Assembly (NCBI RefSeq): GCF_001194135.2
Contig: NC_068994.1
Coordinates: 22,869,812 to 22,933,811 of the forward strand
DNA: 64,000 nucleotides
DNA from: Octopus bimaculoides
Taxonomy: Eukaryota
Direction: 5' to 3'
Part shown: positions 26,642 through 38,525 of the stretch, one piece after another
Layout of the letters: each line of letters begins with the position of its first letter
Numbering within the stretch: position 1 is the stretch's first letter
Position numbers and translations under genes: made by a program
The notes under the pieces: model-generated
What the model saw: the letters and a program-made list of their open reading frames with translations, nothing else
Told to the model about the DNA's origin: nothing
The model's database searches: none

Positions 26642-27079
26642 TATAAATAATAAGAGTGGCTTGTTCGCAATTTTATAATCAAAAGGTAGAAATATATACG
26701 TCACTAAAGTGATTGAGATCACTAGTCAGCATGAGTATTGCTAAAAATAAGAGATAAAACACGTCCTAGTCACAAGAAGCACCTAATCTTAATGATTGAC
26801 AAGGGAGGCAAGCTCCTTCAGCACCTAGGCTTAGCCATATTACAATGATTTCGTGCTTATATTAATGCTCATCAGTGACTCTCATCTAGCACCTTTGGTT
26901 AAACTCAACTCGCCTTGTCAGTTTAAAAGATTATTGGAGAAATCACATGCTGGTTTCCTAAATGGCAAAAGTGAAAATTATAAATAATAAGGGTGGCTTG
27001 TTTGCAATTTTACAACTGAAAGGTAGAAAAATAAAGTGATAGAGAACACTTGCGAACATGATATTGCTATAAATAAGAG
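26642..27079 (-). mobile_element. 337-bp unit with terminal direct repeat of about 105 bp, carrying a hammerhead motif (retrozyme/pLTR-like)
   Basis: 26642-26753 is repeated at 26979-27079 with substitutions and one indel. Hammerhead core at 26833-26880. Confidence 0.6.
26833..26880 (-). ncRNA. Degenerate type-I hammerhead motif
   Basis: AGUCA-CUGAUGA-GCAUUAAUAUAAGCAC-GAAAU-CAUUGUA-AUA|UGGCU. Stem I is 5 bp (1 GU), stem III is 2 bp, and stem II is disrupted. Confidence 0.55.
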
Positions 27080-27084
27080 TGGGA

Positions 27085-27440
27085 TTTAAGGACTGTGTAA
27101 AGTCCTCATTAAAGGTCTGTAATATGCAGGAGACTGACTGGGAGAGCAATGCCTGTCATTGTCACAGACGGAGGAAGCAGGTAAGGAGGGGGTTGACACC
27201 TTTGAAAAAGTATGTATTCTTCATGAAGAATTTAAGTGTGCTGCTCAAAAGCACACTGCTAGCATAATTAATGGGGAAAGCTCATTTTGCAATGTTTGCT
27301 GTCGTGTATGCTTGTCAAGAGCAAGGCTCTTTAGCCACCAATGGAGCTGCAAATGCAAAATATAACTTAGTCCTAGAGTGCACAATGTTCCTAAAGGTCA
27401 GCAGTGGTCATCCTCGGTCACAAGTGGATGGCCATCATAT
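27085..27440 (+). mobile_element. RTE (BovB-like) LINE 3' end
   Basis: KDCVKSSLK...DWESNAC...CNVCCRVCLSRARLFSHQWSC (C-terminal zinc-finger-like motif), followed by a ggtcatcctcgg...ccatcat tail. Confidence 0.75.
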
Positions 27441-27441
27441 A

Positions 27442-27484
<43 letters not shown>

Positions 27485-27698
27485 NNNNNNNNNNNNNNNN
27501 NNNNNNNNNNNNNNNNNNNNNNNNNNNNNNNNNNNNNNNNNNNNNNNNNNNNNNNNNNNNNNNNNNNNNNNNNNNNNNNNNNNNNNNNNNNNNNNNNNNN
27601 NNNNNNNNNNNNNNNNNNNNNNNNNNNNNNNNNNNNNNNNNNNNNNNNNNNNNNNNNNNNNNNNNNNNNNNNNNNNNNNNNNNNNNNNNNNNNNNNNN

Positions 27699-27945
27699 CT
27701 GGAAGAAGCCTGTTGTATATATATATAAAAATATATATATGTATTTCTGTCTGTGTTTGTCCCCCCCCCCATTGCTTGACAACTGATGTTCGTTTGTTTA
27801 CAGCCCCATAGTATAGCAGTTCAGCAAAAGAGACCAGTAGAATAAGTCCTAGGCTTACAAAGAGTAAGTTCTGGGGTTGATTTGTTTGATTAAAGATGGT
27901 GCTCCAGCATGGCCTCAGTCAAATGACTGAAACGAATAAAAGAAT
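27699..27945 (+). mobile_element. SINE family A, 3' half
   Basis: gtttgtcccc...gcttgacaac...cagtcaaatgactgaaac. The 5' part is probably in the gap. Confidence 0.85.
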
Positions 27946-28030
27946 ATTAATATATATATATATATATTAGACAAAATGAGATAACAAAGTAGTTTTCAGG
28001 ACATTTATAAGGAAAAAGATATAGATATAG

Positions 28031-28076
28031 TCTTACAGCTGTTTCTGGGATATTATGGCTGTCCCTTCATCAGAGA
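28031..28076 (-). ncRNA. Minimal type-I hammerhead motif
   Basis: UCU-CUGAUGA-A-GGGA(11-nt loop)UCCC-A-GAAAC-AGCU-GUA|AGA. Core is intact, stem III is the palindrome ACAGCUGU, and stem I is 3 bp. Confidence 0.75.
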
Positions 28077-28204
28077 TGATGTGAAATGGTTAAATAAAGA
28101 TAAATATTTGAGTATCTTATTAAGGGTATCTCAATCCGTATCTCTGACCTCTCTTCCAAATCTGCATGCACATACGTACATACATACATACATACATACA
28201 TACA

Positions 28205-28490
28205 AGCTGTCACAGTATCTTTTCCTGTATACTGATGACATTGTCAGGATTTTCGATACTATGCAGTGGGATCCCATTCTGCTATTGGTGTAACTTTCAA
28301 TACGCAAGTTTGGTACAAGTTCTTCCAAAATTTTCCAGATGTATATCACTGCATATCTTTTCTGCCTTCATTCTAGGGAATAGAGTCTTAACTTTTTCAG
28401 TCTCTCCCAGTAGCTGATATGTTGCATTCAGATGATTTTCCTTGTGTAACTTCACTAGATTGCTTCAGGTTTCCTTAGCTATCAGCCACC
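28205..28490 (-). mobile_element. CR1-clade LINE fragment
   Basis: SYWERLKKLRLYSLE*RQKRYAVIYIWKILEELVPN. Confidence 0.8.
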
Positions 28491-28499
28491 TTGTACTAA

Positions 28500-29225
28500 C
28501 ACACCGCAACAAAAATACTTTGGACCAAAATGTGTGGCAATCCTGTCAAACACAATGCAGTAACTGGGGACTGATATGAACAAGGGTGCATTGTTTCCTG
28601 TTCATATCACCAAAATGGTGGCAATGTGCAGGTGAATGGCAGGATGGATTCTGAAAACTTTCAGAACAAGGGACCAGGAAAATATGTTGGTCCTATGGAG
28701 GGCATTTGTTCTCAGCTTTCTAAACTATTGCTCTCACTTATGGTCACCTCCATAATTAATAGCAGAATTCAAGACTGTTCAGGTGTGCTACACCAAGAAG
28801 ATCTCATCAATGAAACATTTGAGGAGTTGGAAGAGACTGAAAGAATTACTACTCTACTCCTTGGAGCAAAGGCAGAAGAGATATGCAGTAATATACATAT
28901 AAAAGATCCTAGAGGGGTTGGCACCAAACCTTGGCATCAAGAGTTATATCAGCTGCAAACAGGATGCCATTGTACTGTTCTTAAGGTCCCAACCATCCCA
29001 TCTTGTGAAGGACCTTATACTACAATAACTTTGGATTCAAAGGCCCATAGCTTTTTAACATCTTGGCAAGAAACCCTAAGAGATCTACATGGAGTGGGGA
29101 TAGATGTTTTCAAGAAGTACCTTGACCGTCTACTGTCTAAGATCCCAGATGAGCCTATATCATGGCAAGTAACTCAAATGAGAGCAGCAATATCAAATTC
29201 CCTTGCAATAGCCATTGAAATGGCG
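28500..29225 (+). mobile_element. CR1-clade LINE 3' fragment
   Basis: Frameshifted NYCSHLWSP...LYSLEQRQKRY...LRDLHGVGIDVFKKYLDRLLSKIPDEP...RAAISNSL. Confidence 0.85.
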
Positions 29226-29305
29226 AAGATACACGTGGTGCCCCATTATAGCTACAGGTTCTAGGCTGAAACATGTAAAAGAATGAAAGAATATACACAT
29301 ACAAA

Positions 29306-29345
<40 letters not shown>

Positions 29346-29483
29346 NNNNNNNNNNNNNNNNNNNNNNNNNNNNNNNNNNNNNNNNNNNNNNNNNNNNNNN
29401 NNNNNNNNNNNNNNNNNNNNNNNNNNNNNNNNNNNNNNNNNNNNNNNNNNNNNNNNNNNNNNNNNNNNNNNNNNNNNNNNNNN

Positions 29484-29538
<55 letters not shown>

Positions 29539-29630
29539 AAGCTTCGGTTGGCCCAAGGCTTTAGCAGAAGACACTTGCCCAAAGTGCCATGTAGCTGGGA
29601 AGCAAGCTTCCTAAACACACAGCCATAGGC
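29484..29630 (-). mobile_element. SINE family A, 5' part
   Basis: gaagacacttgcccaaagtgccatg...acacagcc following a (CA)n tract. Confidence 0.75.
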
Positions 29631-29639
29631 CCCTAATTT

Positions 29640-30400
29640 CCTCTGATAAGATGAAGAACTTATATAGGTTAGACACCATAGAATACAATAGGCTACTAGA
29701 AAATAACATTACACAGACTTACAGATGCACCCCACCCTCTACATATAGGGACATCAACAGTGAAGCTAAAAAATTAGCTAACGAGTTAGAGATAGGTGAC
29801 AGGGCAGAAATCCTAGCTAAAAGAAATGCTTTCATCACTATAAAAGACCACAAACCGGTCCAGTGAGCAAGCATATTTTGTGAGATATCAACAACACCAT
29901 AAGAAGGGTCACCAATCTATCCTTGTGGTACAGCACCATCGAAGTGGCCACATGGTTTAATGCCAACAGGAGTAGATGCAGAGCAAGGTTCACCCAATTT
30001 GATATAGTCGATTTTTATCTGTCTATATCAAAAGGATTACTGACCAATGCACTTTCTTTCACTAGGGGCTTCACTGATGTTAGCAACAGGGACATAGAAA
30101 TCATTATGCATGCCAGGAAGACAGTACTGTTCAACAAAGGTTCAGCATAGATCAAGCAATCCGACCCCATGGGCTCCTTTGATGTAGCAATGGCAGCCTA
30201 CAACAGTGCTGATGTGTGCAACCTTATAGGATTGTATATCCTGGATACCCTTAAGAAAAAGTTCCCCTCTGTTCTCTTTGACCTCTACAGGGATGATGCT
30301 CTGGCCATCTCTAGGGGAGCAAATGGCCACACACTACATAGGCTTAGGAAGGACTTACTCAACACACTTGGCTCTATGGGACTGAAGATCACCTATTCCA
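29640..30400 (+). mobile_element. Penelope-like reverse transcriptase fragment
   Basis: AFITIKDHKP, QFDIVDFYLSIS, MHARKTVLFNK, FDVAMAAYNSADVC and LYRDDALA across three ORFs. Confidence 0.92.
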
Positions 30401-30442
30401 CCAAGAACATCTCTCTCTATATATATTTATATGCTGGGGCAC

Positions 30443-30588
30443 CACTTTGAAGAATTTTACTCAGACAAATCAACCTCAGTACTTATTTATTTTAAGCCTG
30501 GGCTCTTTTGCTGAACTGCTAAGTCATGGAGATGTAAACATGCCAACACCAATCATCAAGCGGTGGTGAGGGAACAAACAGACAGAAA

Positions 30589-30632
<44 letters not shown>
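30443..30632 (-). mobile_element. SINE family A, 3' part
   Basis: Homology to the family A tail. Confidence 0.75.
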
Positions 30633-30633
<1 letters not shown>

Positions 30634-30699
30634 CACACGCATATGTTGTACAGGAAGGCATCATACCCAATGTTTGGTGTAGCAGCATCATTGTCCACT

Positions 30700-31780
30700 A
30701 TTACAAGGGTGAAGGAGATGCCTTTGAAAGAAGTAGTTACATAGATATCAAGTTACTGGACCAGTTTATGAAAATCACTGAAAGTGTCAAAAGTTCATTT
30801 AATTAGAGAGTGACTTAACCTAGATGAAATACAATCTGGTTTCATACCAGGGAGAAGTAGTACTGATGCTCTTTTTATAGTTCAGCAACTACAGAAGTAG
30901 TTAGCAAAAAGTAAACCACTGTATTTGACATTTGTTGACCTGGAGAGAGCCTTTGACAGGGTGCCTTGATCCCTCATCTAGCAGTAGCTAGGAATAGAAG
31001 AATGGCTAGTGAGAGCTGTTCAAGCCATGTACAGGGATGCTGTTAGCAAAGTGAAGGTTAAAAATGAGTAGAGCTGTGAATTTAGTGCGCAGGTAGGAGT
31101 TCATCAGTGTTGGTTATCAGTCCATTCTTATTTATGATAGTCCATAATCAAAGAATTTAAGACCAGTTGCCCATGGAAACTTCTCTATGCTGACGACCTT
31201 GTTATTATAGTTGAAAGTTAAGGTGGTGAGCTGGCAGAATTGTTAGCTGCCTTTACATTCTGAGTTCAAATTCTGCTGGGGTCAACTTTTCCTTTCACCT
31301 TCTCAGAGTTGAGAAAATAAGCACCAGTTGAACACTGAGTTGGATGTAATCGACTTACCCCCTCCCCCAAACCTGCTGACCTTCTGCCAAAATTTGAAAT
31401 CATTATAACTGAAAGTGTAATAGAATTAGAATTAAAATTCCCAGTATGGAAACAAAACCTGGGATCATAGGGTCTTAAGGTTAACTTAGCAAAGATTAAA
31501 ATTCTAATTAGCAGGGAAACAGACAGAACACTAAACTGTTTAGGTAAATGATCCAGTTCCATATGTAGACAAAGTGTTCATAGAAATTCCATATGGTGTG
31601 CTCAGTGCAAACTATGGACAAATAAGAGGTGCAGTGGAATCAAAGGAAGGTTAACAGAGAAAGTAGAATTTGTTTGTGGCAGATGTGAAGAAGCAATAAA
31701 TGATAAGAACACATGGGAAATAAATGTTCTGAAATCCCCAGGAGGCTTCCTAGATGTAGTAGATAGTTTCTGTTATCTAG
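30700..31780 (+). mobile_element. RTE LINE, RT fragment interrupted by a SINE
   Basis: Decayed GFIPGRSSTDALFIV...FVDLERAFDRVP...LLYADDLV. It resumes after the SINE with an apparent 15-bp TSD (attatagttgaaagt / attataactgaaagt). Confidence 0.9.
31218..31406 (+). mobile_element. SINE family B
   Basis: ggtggtgagctggcagaattgttagc..., nested in the RTE. Confidence 0.85.
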
Positions 31781-32471
31781 ACCTCATATCTTTTTCTTTC
31801 TCTCACTTTCCAGGTGAGCAAGCCATGGAATAACCTCTTTAACAAGACACCTGCTCCTCTCCGCCTATTATAGTTTCTTTCTTCAGAAATGTCAAATAAA
31901 TTTCCAGTCTTTTGTTTTCTCTTCTCTGCACTCAAAGATTACTGAGGATGAGTTGACCTCAGAGACATTCTCCAGTCATGGAGGGGTTAGAAAAATAGTT
32001 CTGGAAAAATCTTTTGTTTCAGGTTGACCTATTTTAATTACCAGTGAAATGTTAAGCCTATCTCTTTGGTACCAGAGACTGATTTCTAGTCAAGAGTGAT
32101 GTACAAGAATAAACTTCTCACTCTATTTTTAAAAGCACTTTCACTCTGTCTCTCTCTCTCTCTTGCAGCACAAGGATAAAGCCAGCTCCCACTCAGAATG
32201 AACAATGGACTCACAGAAAATATTTTACAGCATTTACAAATAATGTGTACACACAATGACACAACGGCATCGTTTATCTTATATTGTAACAGTTAATATC
32301 ATAATTCATATTATATAAATGGCCATCTTCATAATTAATTAATTGTTCTCCATTTATTCATTTCTGTGATACATCATTATTCACACTAAACTTAACTGTT
32401 TTTATATATATATATCCTCTGACCTCTGATAGAGGTCATCTAGATAAGAATGCAAATGTCCAATTCTATCT

Positions 32472-32519
32472 CATTATTATTATTATTATTATTGTTGTTG
32501 TTGTTGTTGTTGTTGTTAT
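32472..32519. repeat. Compound (ATT)n(GTT)n microsatellite
   Basis: Direct reading. Confidence 0.95.
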
Positions 32520-34628
32520 TCTTTCACACCAGCAGCCAGAGTGTTTGCTGTTTTGCGGTGCGCCTGTCCATCCCACCCCCACTACCTATACTGGAAGTCC
32601 TTATCCTTTGACCTCTGTTGGATGTCTTTCCCCTGGACACCTCCAATGGCTTAAATGCTCCCCCATCTCTACTTAGTGTTTATCTCTTATGGAATGTAGT
32701 GATTATGTAGCACATAAAATGATGGTGTAGTGTATGCAGGTTGAAGGCTATTGTATGTTTATGAGTTCTGCCAAATGCGAGCTTTCTTTTCAGGTACAGG
32801 ATGCTGCTGTCCCCCATTCCAGGGTCTTGGGGGCCTACACCCTCAGAGTTGGCTCACTTAATATTTGGTACATTGAAAGGTAGGTCTGGTGAGATTGTTG
32901 AGATGCTTGTACGGAAATGTGTAGATTTGTACTGCATCCAAGAAGTTAGGTGGAGAGAAAGTTCTGCTAGGTTTCTTACAGGCAAAGAACATAGATATAA
33001 CACTTTTGGGGTAGGGAACACTGATGGGGTTGGGGGTGTGGGTATACTTCTTGTGGATAAATAGGTTGATAAGGTAATTGAGGTAGTCAGAGTCTGTGAT
33101 AGAATACTTAAGATTAGATTAGTGCTGCAACATGAGTTAGCAACCATTATCTCGGCCTATGCCCCTCAGCCAGGGCTACCTGATGAATAGAAAGACCAAT
33201 TTTATGAGACCCTCTTACAGACTACCTCGTCAATGAATGACAGGGACCTTCTCTTTGTGGCTGGCGACTTTAATGGGTGTGTTAGGCAACATGCAGGAGG
33301 CTTCCATGGTGTAGATGGTGGCTATGCATTTGGTTCCTGCAATAAGGAACCAGGCTGCTGGAGTTCTGTGATGCAAATGATCTTATGGTCTGTAATACTA
33401 ACTTCAGGAAACCTGCCAATCATCTGTTCACCTACAGGTCTGGTGGACACACTAGTTAGATTGACTACATCCTCACCAGGAAACAGGAAAAATGGCTACT
33501 TATAAATGCCAAAACCTTCCCAAGTGAAGAATGTACACCACAACATAGATTAGTAGTTAGTGACTTCAGGATCAGGGCTAAATTGCTGCCCAGAAGACGA
33601 CCAACATAGAGAAGAAGGGTCTGGAAGCTTAAGGATCCTGTGAATGGACAAAGATTTAGAGAAATATTACTTGAAGCCTTTGACGAAAAAGAGGAAGATA
33701 TAGCATCACATAGTGTGGAAGACAACTGGAGGTTCCTATAGGACAACTTGTTGAGGGTTACTGACCAAATCTGTGGATGGTGCAAAGTCCCCTCTCAACC
33801 TAAGGTAACGTGGTGGAGGTTGACAAGGCCATTAAGGAAAAGAAACAGGCATGGAAAGACTGGAAGAACAGTGGTAGCAGGGAACAGTATCAGATCACCA
33901 GAAGGGAAACTAGGAGACAGGTTTATTTAGCTAGAGGGGAAGCAGATAAGAAAAAAATTTGCCAATGTTCTGCGTCACGAGGATCAAAGACTTGAAGTGT
34001 TTCGTGTTGCAAGACAGTGTGTGAAAGAGAATCGTGATGTCATAGGAGAGAAATGTGTCCACATGGATGATGGTTCATTTGCATTTAATGAGGTTGCAAA
34101 GAGAGAGATGTGGAGATGCCACTATGAAAGGTTGCTAGATGAAGAGAATGAATGGGAGAAAGAGAGTCTGCCGAATGTCGATCCAACAGAGGGACCAGCC
34201 ATCCAAATTGACAGTACTTTGGTAGATAAAGCAATTAGGGGTATGAAGACAGGGAAAGCCCCTGGCTCATCAGGAATCACTGCAGAGATGATTAAAATAT
34301 CTGGCGGTGTCGGCTATAGTCTAGTCACCTATGTAGTCAATTGAGTGATACATGAAGTATCACTGATGTAGCAGCACCATAGTCAAGTGCTACAAAGGTA
34401 AAGGTGACCCATTACATATGAATAATTACAGAGGTATCAAGTTATTGGATCAAGTGATGAAAGTCATGGAGAGGGTCATAGCCCAACTAATTAGGGAAAG
34501 AGTTAGTTTAAATGAGATGTAGTTTTGGTTTGTGCCAGGGAGAAGCACTACTGGTGCTATATTTCTGGTAAGGCAACTTCAGGAGAAATACATAAATATA
34601 AACCTCTGTACTTGGCTTTTGTTGACTT
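32520..34628 (+). mobile_element. RTE LINE 5' portion (APE endonuclease to start of RT), decayed
   Basis: CIQEVRW...GVGILL, VAGDFNG, GKAPGSSGITAEM, FGFVPGRSTT, LAFVDL. Multiple stops and frameshifts. Confidence 0.92.
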
Positions 34629-34737
34629 GTCTACCGTTCGCTCTGAGGGAGAGACCCTTTATTGGGTTTTTAAGGTGTGATCTAAAATAAAGATATGATT
34701 TTCTTCATACATATTATTGATTATTATTATTATTATT

Positions 34738-35119
34738 ATTCTTTTATTTGTTTCAGTCATATGACTGTAGCCATGCTGGAGCACCACCTTTAGTTGAACA
34801 AACCGACCCCAGGACTTATTCTTTGTAAGCCTAATACTTATTCTGTCTGTCACTTTTGCTGAACCACAAGGTTACGGGGACGTAAACATACCAATATCAG
34901 TTGTCAAGTGATGGTGGGGGGACAAACACAGACACACACATATATATATATATATGACAGGCTCCTTTCAGTTTCCGTCTACTAAATCTACTCACAAGGC
35001 TTTGGTCAGCCCGAAGCTATAGTAGAAGACACTTGTCCAAGGTGCCACGCTGTGGGACTGAACCTGGGACCATGTGGTTGGTAAGCAAGCTACATACCAC
35101 ACAGCCACTCCTGTGCCTA
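34738..35119 (-). mobile_element. SINE family A, full length
   Basis: Complete head, CORE, microsatellite and tail structure. Confidence 0.92.
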
Positions 35120-35121
35120 TG

Positions 35122-37415
35122 CAGCCCTACTAGAAAGTTTAGCAACACCTAGAGAATTTAATGTTTTTTTACATTTTTAAGTAAATTTACTATTTTTAAT
35201 AACTTGGTTTTTCTAAAATTTATATTCATTGCTTAGAAAAGGCAAAAATCATACCAAATATAAGCATTTCTCTTGACAGTCAAGTTAGCTTTCCCTTCAA
35301 ACCTTCAAATGCCAAAAAAAAAAAAAAAAAGTGGGGAAGAAGCATGAAATTCCATCAGAGAAGCGAACTCAGATTGAAATTTTGATAAAAATGGGTACGG
35401 TTTGTCTGTGCATCCATTAGCTATTTCAAGAACTCTGAAAAGAATGAAAGAAACAGGAAATTATTCAAGCCATGATTGGCCAGGTAGGCCAAGATTAACA
35501 ATACCTCAAACTGATCATTCTATTCACTGCTATGGAAGAGCAAATCCTTTTTCCTCTGCAAGTGAGATACAAGCACAGTTACCAACAAATGATAACAATA
35601 ATAAACACCAAGTTTATCAACAATTAAAGATTGTTTGGTAAAAGATTTTAAGCTAAAAGCATACACCAGCAAAAGAAACCTCAATTGAGCAAGAAAAATA
35701 TTCAAGATGAAATAAAATTTTGCAAGAGATATAAGCACTGGACACCAATTGAATGGAGCAAAATTATGCATACTGATGAAACATTAATTTCTTGATATTG
35801 TAGTTATCAGCCTTACGTAAGAAGACCAAAAGGTGAGCACATGAATGAAAGTTATACACCAAGAACTGCTTCTTTTGCAGTGACAGTTATGATGTGTAGG
35901 GCTCTTTCAGCCCGGGGTAGATGTGGATTACATTTTGTGCTCAGAGGATCAATATTAAAAGCAAAAGATTATCTAGATTTATGGTAGCTAGAAAATGCTC
36001 AATCAAGTTCATAAGCTGACTATGAAGGAGTGATGTTAGAGGTGTGAAGTTTTGCATGCTTTTATTTCATCTCTTCTTATTAAAAACTGCATTGTTTCTT
36101 TCCAGCTAAACTGACACCTGACTGTTCAAAAACTTCAAAAGTAAGAAGTAACAATTTCTCTTCAAAATGGACAAAATTTGGTATCATGGTGTTATCTAGC
36201 ATCTGCAGAATAAGGCTTTAGGCCCCAAGGACATTCATGCTGACATGGTTGCTACATTGGAGGATGATGCTCTGGTTTTATCAACAGTGCAAAAGTGGGC
36301 AGCTGAATTTAGGAGGGAAGATGACCCATGGTCTGCACATCCTGCAACTGCCACCACCAAGGTAAACATTGATCATGTTCACGAATGAAAGGTGACTGAC
36401 TATAAATCAAATAACCAATGCTATAAGCATACTCCATGAAAGAGTTGAGAATATTATACACAATGCACTTGGCATGAAGGTTTCTGTTCAGTGGCTGCCA
36501 TCAAAAGCACACCAGGATGACCTGATCATTGGAAAATTTGACATTGTTTGAGGCAGATCCAGCTGGTTTCCTAACCCAGGATGGGTTCATTACTTTGAGC
36601 TAGAGACAAAGAGACAATCCATGTGGTGGAAACACCTCTCTTCATCTGCTCTGAAGAAGGCCAAGGTCATTTCATCTGCAGGTAAGGTAATGGCCCATTT
36701 TTGGGGGATGCAAAAGGCATTGTGCTTATTGACTATCTTCAAAAGGGTCCCACCATCAATGGAGAGTACTACACCAACTTGCTGAGGCAGTTATGAAAGG
36801 CTATCAAGACCAAATGCCCAGGAAAACTGATGAAAGGGTCTTGTTTCATCAGGACAATGCTCCAGCACACAAGTCCTAGCTTTTAATGGCTGCTGTACAT
36901 GACTGTGGTTTTGAACTGGCTGATCACACTCCCTATTCTCCTGATATGGCCCCATCTGACTATCAGCTGTTCCTCAACATGAAAAAACACTTAGCTCAGA
37001 ACCAGTATTGCATTGATGAGAACATCATATCTGCTGTTGATATCTTTCTTTACCAACAGGATGAAAACTTCTTCATCCATGGGATCCAAGCACTGCAACA
37101 CCGATGGAAGAAGTGTATGGACCGTAAGGAGGACTTGAAAAATAAACTTCGTTTGGTCACATTTCATGAGAGTACCTTGGTCAGCCAGTCAACTTTTCAG
37201 TTGACCCTCATAACAGCAGAATATTGCCAGAAGTTTGTGGAATCTATGCAATAAGAACAAAAGCATGTCTAAAAGCAAATGGTTCATATACTAAGTATTA
37301 AATGTCCATTTATTTATAATTTATTACTTAAAATATTCATTTTAAACAATAAAGCATTTTTTTTCATTGATTAAAGAAAATTTTCCTACTATTGCTAAAC
37401 TTCCTGGCAGGACTG
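35122..37415 (+). mobile_element. Decayed Tc1-like element with nested mariner
   Basis: TIRs cagccctactagaaagtttagcaaca / inverse cagtcctgccaggaagtttagcaata (21/26). GRPRLT HTH linker, WSKIMHTDET, and C-terminus AEYCQKFVESM...KANGSYTKY after 37212. Confidence 0.8.
35990..37210 (+). mobile_element. Mariner element (pseudogenised transposase)
   Basis: STVQKWAAEFRR, DAKGIVLIDYLQKG, FHQDNAPAH and PYSPDMAPSDY. Right TIR ends ccctca-TA. The left boundary is approximate. Confidence 0.9.
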
Positions 37416-37427
37416 TATAAATGTGTG

Positions 37428-37465
<38 letters not shown>

Positions 37466-38525
37466 CACATACATATACATATGTGTTTATATAAGTAGGG
37501 CAAATTGCATCAGTGGTTCTCGTGAGTCACTGCTGTAATGATGTTTGTCTTACTTTCTGATATATAATGTTTTTTAACACAACAAAACTATGAAGAAATA
37601 TTCTCTCAGATAAAATCTACAGTGTCATGTCTTTTAATGTTGTATATATATATTTAGTATGATACATACATAACGATTTTAATTCAATGCCTCTTCAATT
37701 GCACTCACTTATTTTATTACAGCTCTTAAAGCTTACTGTACTACCAGTGAATGCATTATTCACTTTTTCCAATATATCTAAACAAGAATTTGATCTAAGC
37801 AAGTAACAAATGTGTTGCACAGCATTCACAAGTCCCAAGTTTGGTGAAACACACCTGCTATTCTTGTGGGCATTGCTGCTCTAATGTTTGCCTTGCTCCA
37901 ATATTTATTGCTTTTAATACATGTCTATAAAGAGATTTTCTCTCACACAAAAAAAATTACAGTATCATGCTCTATATATACACACACACACACACATATA
38001 GATGTGTGTGTGTGTGTGTGCATATATGAGAGCGTATACAGAGGTTGAACAAAATGGAAATGCCACTTATTTAAAATTCAACAAAAAACATGTTCAACAA
38101 CAACAAAATACACATTCCATGAATTTTTTCCAGACTGTAAAATACCTCATTTCATTGAAGGTTTAATTAAGTCACAAGTTAGTCATGCTGGTGATTTCTA
38201 AACAGAATGAAATAGCATTATACATGGTTATGAATGACTAGAAATTTTAAGTACTTTGTATGACAAAAAAAGAAAAAGAATTATTGTGACTTCTATGCAT
38301 CTTTTTCTTGAAATTCCCTCAATTTCAAATTTCTAATCTAGTTTTGAATTATGATGAAAAGATTACCTCCCTTGTAATAGCTGTGACTGCTATGAGAACC
38401 ACATGAGAAAATGAATATTTATATGTATCTATATGTGCATATGTATACATACATATTTGTGTCTGTATATATAAATGTATGTGCACATATATGTGTGTGT
38501 ATATATATATATATATATAAATATA

